Shown piece after piece: positions 36,589-40,410 of a stretch of DNA of 40,410 bases. Source of the stretch: Octopus sinensis (lineage: Eukaryota); assembly GCF_006345805.1 (NCBI RefSeq), contig NW_021835375.1, forward strand, positions 1 to 40,410, given 5' to 3'. Numbering within the stretch: the first letter of the stretch is position 1; each line of letters opens with the position of its first letter. The notes beneath the pieces are model-generated. The model was not told the DNA's origin, ran no database searches, and saw only the letters and a list, made by a program, of their open reading frames with translations. The translations under genes were made by a program, and so were the position numbers.

Positions 36589-36785
36589 TAATAATGACAA
36601 CGACATCGAAAAATACCTTAGGAATGAGAACCCGCGTTCGAAATTTCCCCAAGACACCTGATGAAGGCTGGAGGGTATCAGCCGAAACGTTATGTTAACG
36701 ACAAACAAGATGAGGACAAGTATCCGTCAATTGTAAATAATAAAAAATAATGTACATATTTCCTCATCTCTTAAATATAGAACTG
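36455..36785 (+). mobile_element. tRNA-headed SINE-like element with (AAT)n spacer and hammerhead motif
   Basis: A-box TGGCGTAGTGG (36462-36472), B-box GAGTTCGATTCC (36505-36516), (AAT)n 36530-36596, HHR 36653-36696. Confidence 0.75.
36653..36696 (+). ncRNA. minimal type I hammerhead ribozyme motif
   Basis: GACAC-CTGATGA-a-GGCTG(gagggtat)CAGCC-GAAA-CG-TT-ATGTT: intact core, perfect 5-bp stem II, loop-less palindromic stem III (AACGTT); first stem I pair is a C-A mismatch. Confidence 0.6.
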
Positions 36786-36911
36786 GAAGAATAACTCTTT
36801 GCTAGAGGGCTATCATACCCAATATATGACTAAAAGACTCCAGCAGGTGGTGCTATTAAGTTAGACATGGCCTAGGCCTATACTGGCTGAAACCTATCAA
36901 AGTTTCAAAGT

Positions 36912-36967
<56 letters not shown>

Positions 36968-36971
<4 letters not shown>

Positions 36972-37210
36972 TAATCTTCCAAAATGCGTGAGAGACCTGC
37001 ATGGTGTGGATGTTGGTATCTTTAAAGCAAAACTGGATATCCTCCTGGAAGCGTGCAGATGAGTCTACCTCGCGGCAGGAAACACAGATGAGGGTAGCAG
37101 CATGAAACTCCCTCATTCACTAAATTCCACATATCAGAGGATGTTTGAGATGATGGCGTACCAGACACAACGGTAGTACCTCAGCACGACCGCAGCTTTA
37201 AAACCTGAAT
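36968..37210 (+). mobile_element. CR1-like LINE 3' end
   Basis: NLPKCVRDLHGVDVGIFKAKLDILL...ETQMRVAA*NSLIH; homologous to 6705-6950. Confidence 0.7.
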
Positions 37211-37509
37211 TAATTTAAAGAGTTATATAACTATGCATATATGTGTGTGTATTATATATATGTGTGTTTATATACGTGCGTGTGTGTCTGTATATGTATG
37301 TATATATATATATGTGTGTGTGTGTATGTGTGTGTATGTATATATGCATATGCGTGTGTATATGCATATATATACATGTATATATATATGTATATATATG
37401 TATATATATATATATGTATTTATATATGTGTATATATATATATGTATAAAAGTATATATATATATGCATATATACATGCATATGTATATGTATATATTTA
37501 TATATATGC

Positions 37510-37553
<44 letters not shown>

Positions 37554-38184
37554 GTATGTATGGGTGTGTGTGTATTTGTAAGTATATGTATATAAATACT
37601 ATATAAATATTAATATACATACATACGTGTATATATATGTATATATATATGTATATACATATATATATAAATATTAGATAGATAGGTAGAGATATGTATG
37701 TATGTATGTATGTGTTTGTGTGAGAGAGAGAAAGAGAGGGGTGAAGGAGAGAAACTCGGAGAATTAGAAATAAATGACGCACAACGATTTGTCCGACGCA
37801 CTCAGAAGTGTGCAAGCTCGACTCGGCGTAAATAACATTAAAAGTACCCTTTAATAGCATTGCAATCGTTTAAACCCTACTCTCTGACGAAGGTAAACCA
37901 GCTCATTAGTACCCGAACCTCTATAAATTTATGGAATGTTTCCAATACCCAGGTGAGCAGGATGCAGTGAAAAGCATTTTATAATTGAACCCCACACCCT
38001 CCGTCGTGTTTATTCAGCCCTTCCCGAATGTTTTTTCAATATGGTTCTGTGAATCTGTTCGTTTATATATATCGGCTTTTATTTCATCTCAGTGTTGATC
38101 CGTGATGGCGTTTTTGTTATGTTTGGCAGCGATCCGTCTTATAAATACACACATACACTCAGAATGAATCACTGTCCTCGTCGC

Positions 38185-38385
38185 CATCGTCGTCGTCGTC
38201 GTCGTCGTCATCATCATCATCGCCATCATCATCACTTCTACTAATACCACTACCACTTCTTTCTTCTTCTTCTTCTTCTTCTTTCTTCTTCTTTTCTTCT
38301 TTTTCTTTTTCTTCTTCTTCTCTTTTTCTTCTTCTTCTTCTCTCTTCTTGTCTTCTTCTTCTTCTTCTTTTCTTCTCTTCTTCTA
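38185..38385. repeat. (CGT)n(CAT)n and (TCT)n trinucleotide tracts
   Basis: Seen directly; source of the poly-R/E/D pseudo-ORF 38159..38395. Confidence 0.9.
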
Positions 38386-38745
38386 CACGGCACATGCATA
38401 ATTTATTTAGTCAAGCAAATAGGTTATCTAATTACGTATGAAAATGTTTATATATGTAATGTATATATATATATATATATATATATATGTGGGTGTGTTG
38501 TGTGTGTGGGTCTGTATATAGTATATATATCTATATATATGTATGTATATATATGTGTGTGTGTGTCTGTCTGTATATGTATATATATCTATCTATTTAT
38601 ATACATGTATATATATGTACATATATATATATATGTATATATGTGCATATATATGTATATATATATATGTATATATATGTATATATACATATGTATATAT
38701 ATGTATGTATATATGTATAGATATATGTACATATACATGTACAGG

Positions 38746-38786
<41 letters not shown>

Positions 38787-39459
38787 ATATATATACATAT
38801 ATCTATACATATATATTTGTAAAAATATATATATGTATATATAGCGAAAACACTGAAGAGGATCCGAAGTGTGACGTGAGTGACATCGCACACAATAACA
38901 CTTTCACCTGAAATTATTTACAGCTAATTCTTCTGAATTTCTTCAGAGCATCATAAGAAGCCTCGAAAATTAAAAAAACACCCCGAGTTTGGTGGACAAC
39001 AATGATTGTGATCACAATTCTCATTTCCATGCGTAACAAAAATGGATGTAACATTTTCAAGATAAACATGTTTCCTACCTCCAAAATATGTTAGATCTTG
39101 AAGAAATTGTTTTTGGAATATCTGGTTAAAAATGAACCATTTCAATATACCTTTATAGGTATATTGTGACTTTTCTGGGCATTCTAAAAAGTTTAAAAAA
39201 CCTGTTTCGGTTTAACTTTCATGAGAATGGCCTATTTTGGAAACAGTGGTTAATGTAATTTAGTATATTTCAAAAACAAAGAAAAAAATAAGGTCAAAAT
39301 ATAATCAACGATGAATTTGATCTCTTTTGATCCTCCTTGGCCCATTATTTTATGGCATAATATAACATAGTTCTCTTAATACAATAATATTGTTCTATAG
39401 TTCGCTTTTCTTTCCCATACACACCGATGAACACGGATATTATGTACTAACGGAAAGAG

Positions 39460-39830
39460 CATGATCACGGATACTGGAAGCTGAAATGGGGTCCCCCCAA
39501 AGGATTTCTAGAGTAACGTTACTCGACATAGTGAGTAGCTCGGAGATCAGGGTGTCTCTCTCTCAGGGCTAAGTCGCTACTTCACATTGAAAGGTCACAA
39601 ATTCAATACTAATGACTTGTGATTTCAATCTGGCATGAAAAAATTGCAAGGCAGATTCTTCAATTCAAGCCAACCAGCAAGAGACCTAAGGGTAGATCAA
39701 GAACGAGATGGCTGGATAATAACTATATTCACAGTTTGTTCCATTTGGGAATCCATTCGAAAGTATAAATATAGCCGTTTCTGAGAGGAACTTATAGAGG
39801 TCTTCTGACGACTCTACACACATGAATCTC
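39460..39830 (+). mobile_element. RTE-clade LINE RT C-terminal fragment
   Basis: AEMG..QRISRVTLLD.VSSSEIR.SL...LLHIERSQ...ARQILQFKPTSKRPKGRSRTRWLD: the RTE C-terminal KRP.GR.R.RW.D motif. Confidence 0.75.
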
Positions 39831-40410
39831 TCAGGAATAATGGAAGAGATGGATGGATAGATTATTCATTGAAAATGAAACAATATCTACAATGCTTTGA
39901 TCCCCTTCGATCCTTGATTGACTATCATTTCATGACATAAGAACATGTATTTAGATTTAATGTAAAAAATTTGTTCCACAACAAGATTCCTTCTGATCCA
40001 ATTTATTGCGATCAAAGGTGTTTTAACCGTGAATTTTCCGCTGTTTTCATCTTCTTTGGTATATTTTGAGCGCAGGCTTCCTTACTTCATGGTTCCGAGT
40101 TCTCTCCAACTGAATAGTACCTTGGGCACACTAAAGCCTTGAGTGTTGATTTGGGAGACGAGAACACATATACATGTACAAGTTTAGTGATGCAAATAGG
40201 AAAACTAGAACTAAAAGTATTAGTATATATATATTTACATTTTTCATTATTATTTAGCAGAAGCAACAGAGTGACTCATAAGCCAATCGTTTTGTGCGTT
40301 ACCGCTATCAACTAGTACAGATCCAGGGGTTATGAATTTATATAACGGTGATGATATTTCCATAAATAGTTCTAAACAAATTATAAAACAATTACGATGA
40401 CACGTTTGTA

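Noticed and set aside
37880-37925. CTGACGA-a-GGTA...TACC-c-GAAC as a hammerhead
   Set aside because: Stem II is plausible, but GAAA, stem III, the NUH site and stem I are missing; at most a dead remnant.

Overview
AT-rich, microsatellite-saturated animal genomic DNA. The SINE families, (TA)n/(TCTA)n/(AAT)n load and TE set match my recollection of Octopus repeats; the species call is an inference. I recognise no host exon, rRNA, true tRNA gene or CRISPR array, so the window reads as intergenic or intronic TE debris. Nearly all long ORFs in the track are microsatellite read-throughs or TE antisense frames. Contents: (i) a decayed compact LTR-type retrotransposon on the minus strand (gag-PR-RT-RNaseH-IN, about 8.9-13.05 kb); (ii) at least three Penelope-like element (PLE) families, including a Neptune-like RT+GIY-YIG copy bracketed by 290-bp inverted repeats; (iii) three mariner and two Tc1 remnants; (iv) a 511-bp non-autonomous Helitron; (v) CR1-like, RTE and possibly R4/Dong LINE fragments; (vi) many tRNA-derived SINEs. 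Most interesting signals: several type I hammerhead ribozyme motifs in different repeat families, one inside a tRNA-headed SINE-like element, and repeated short copy-paste insertions templated from about 1 kb away with microhomology, target duplication or snap-back junctions. Most repeat boundaries are read by eye and may be off by 10-20 bp.
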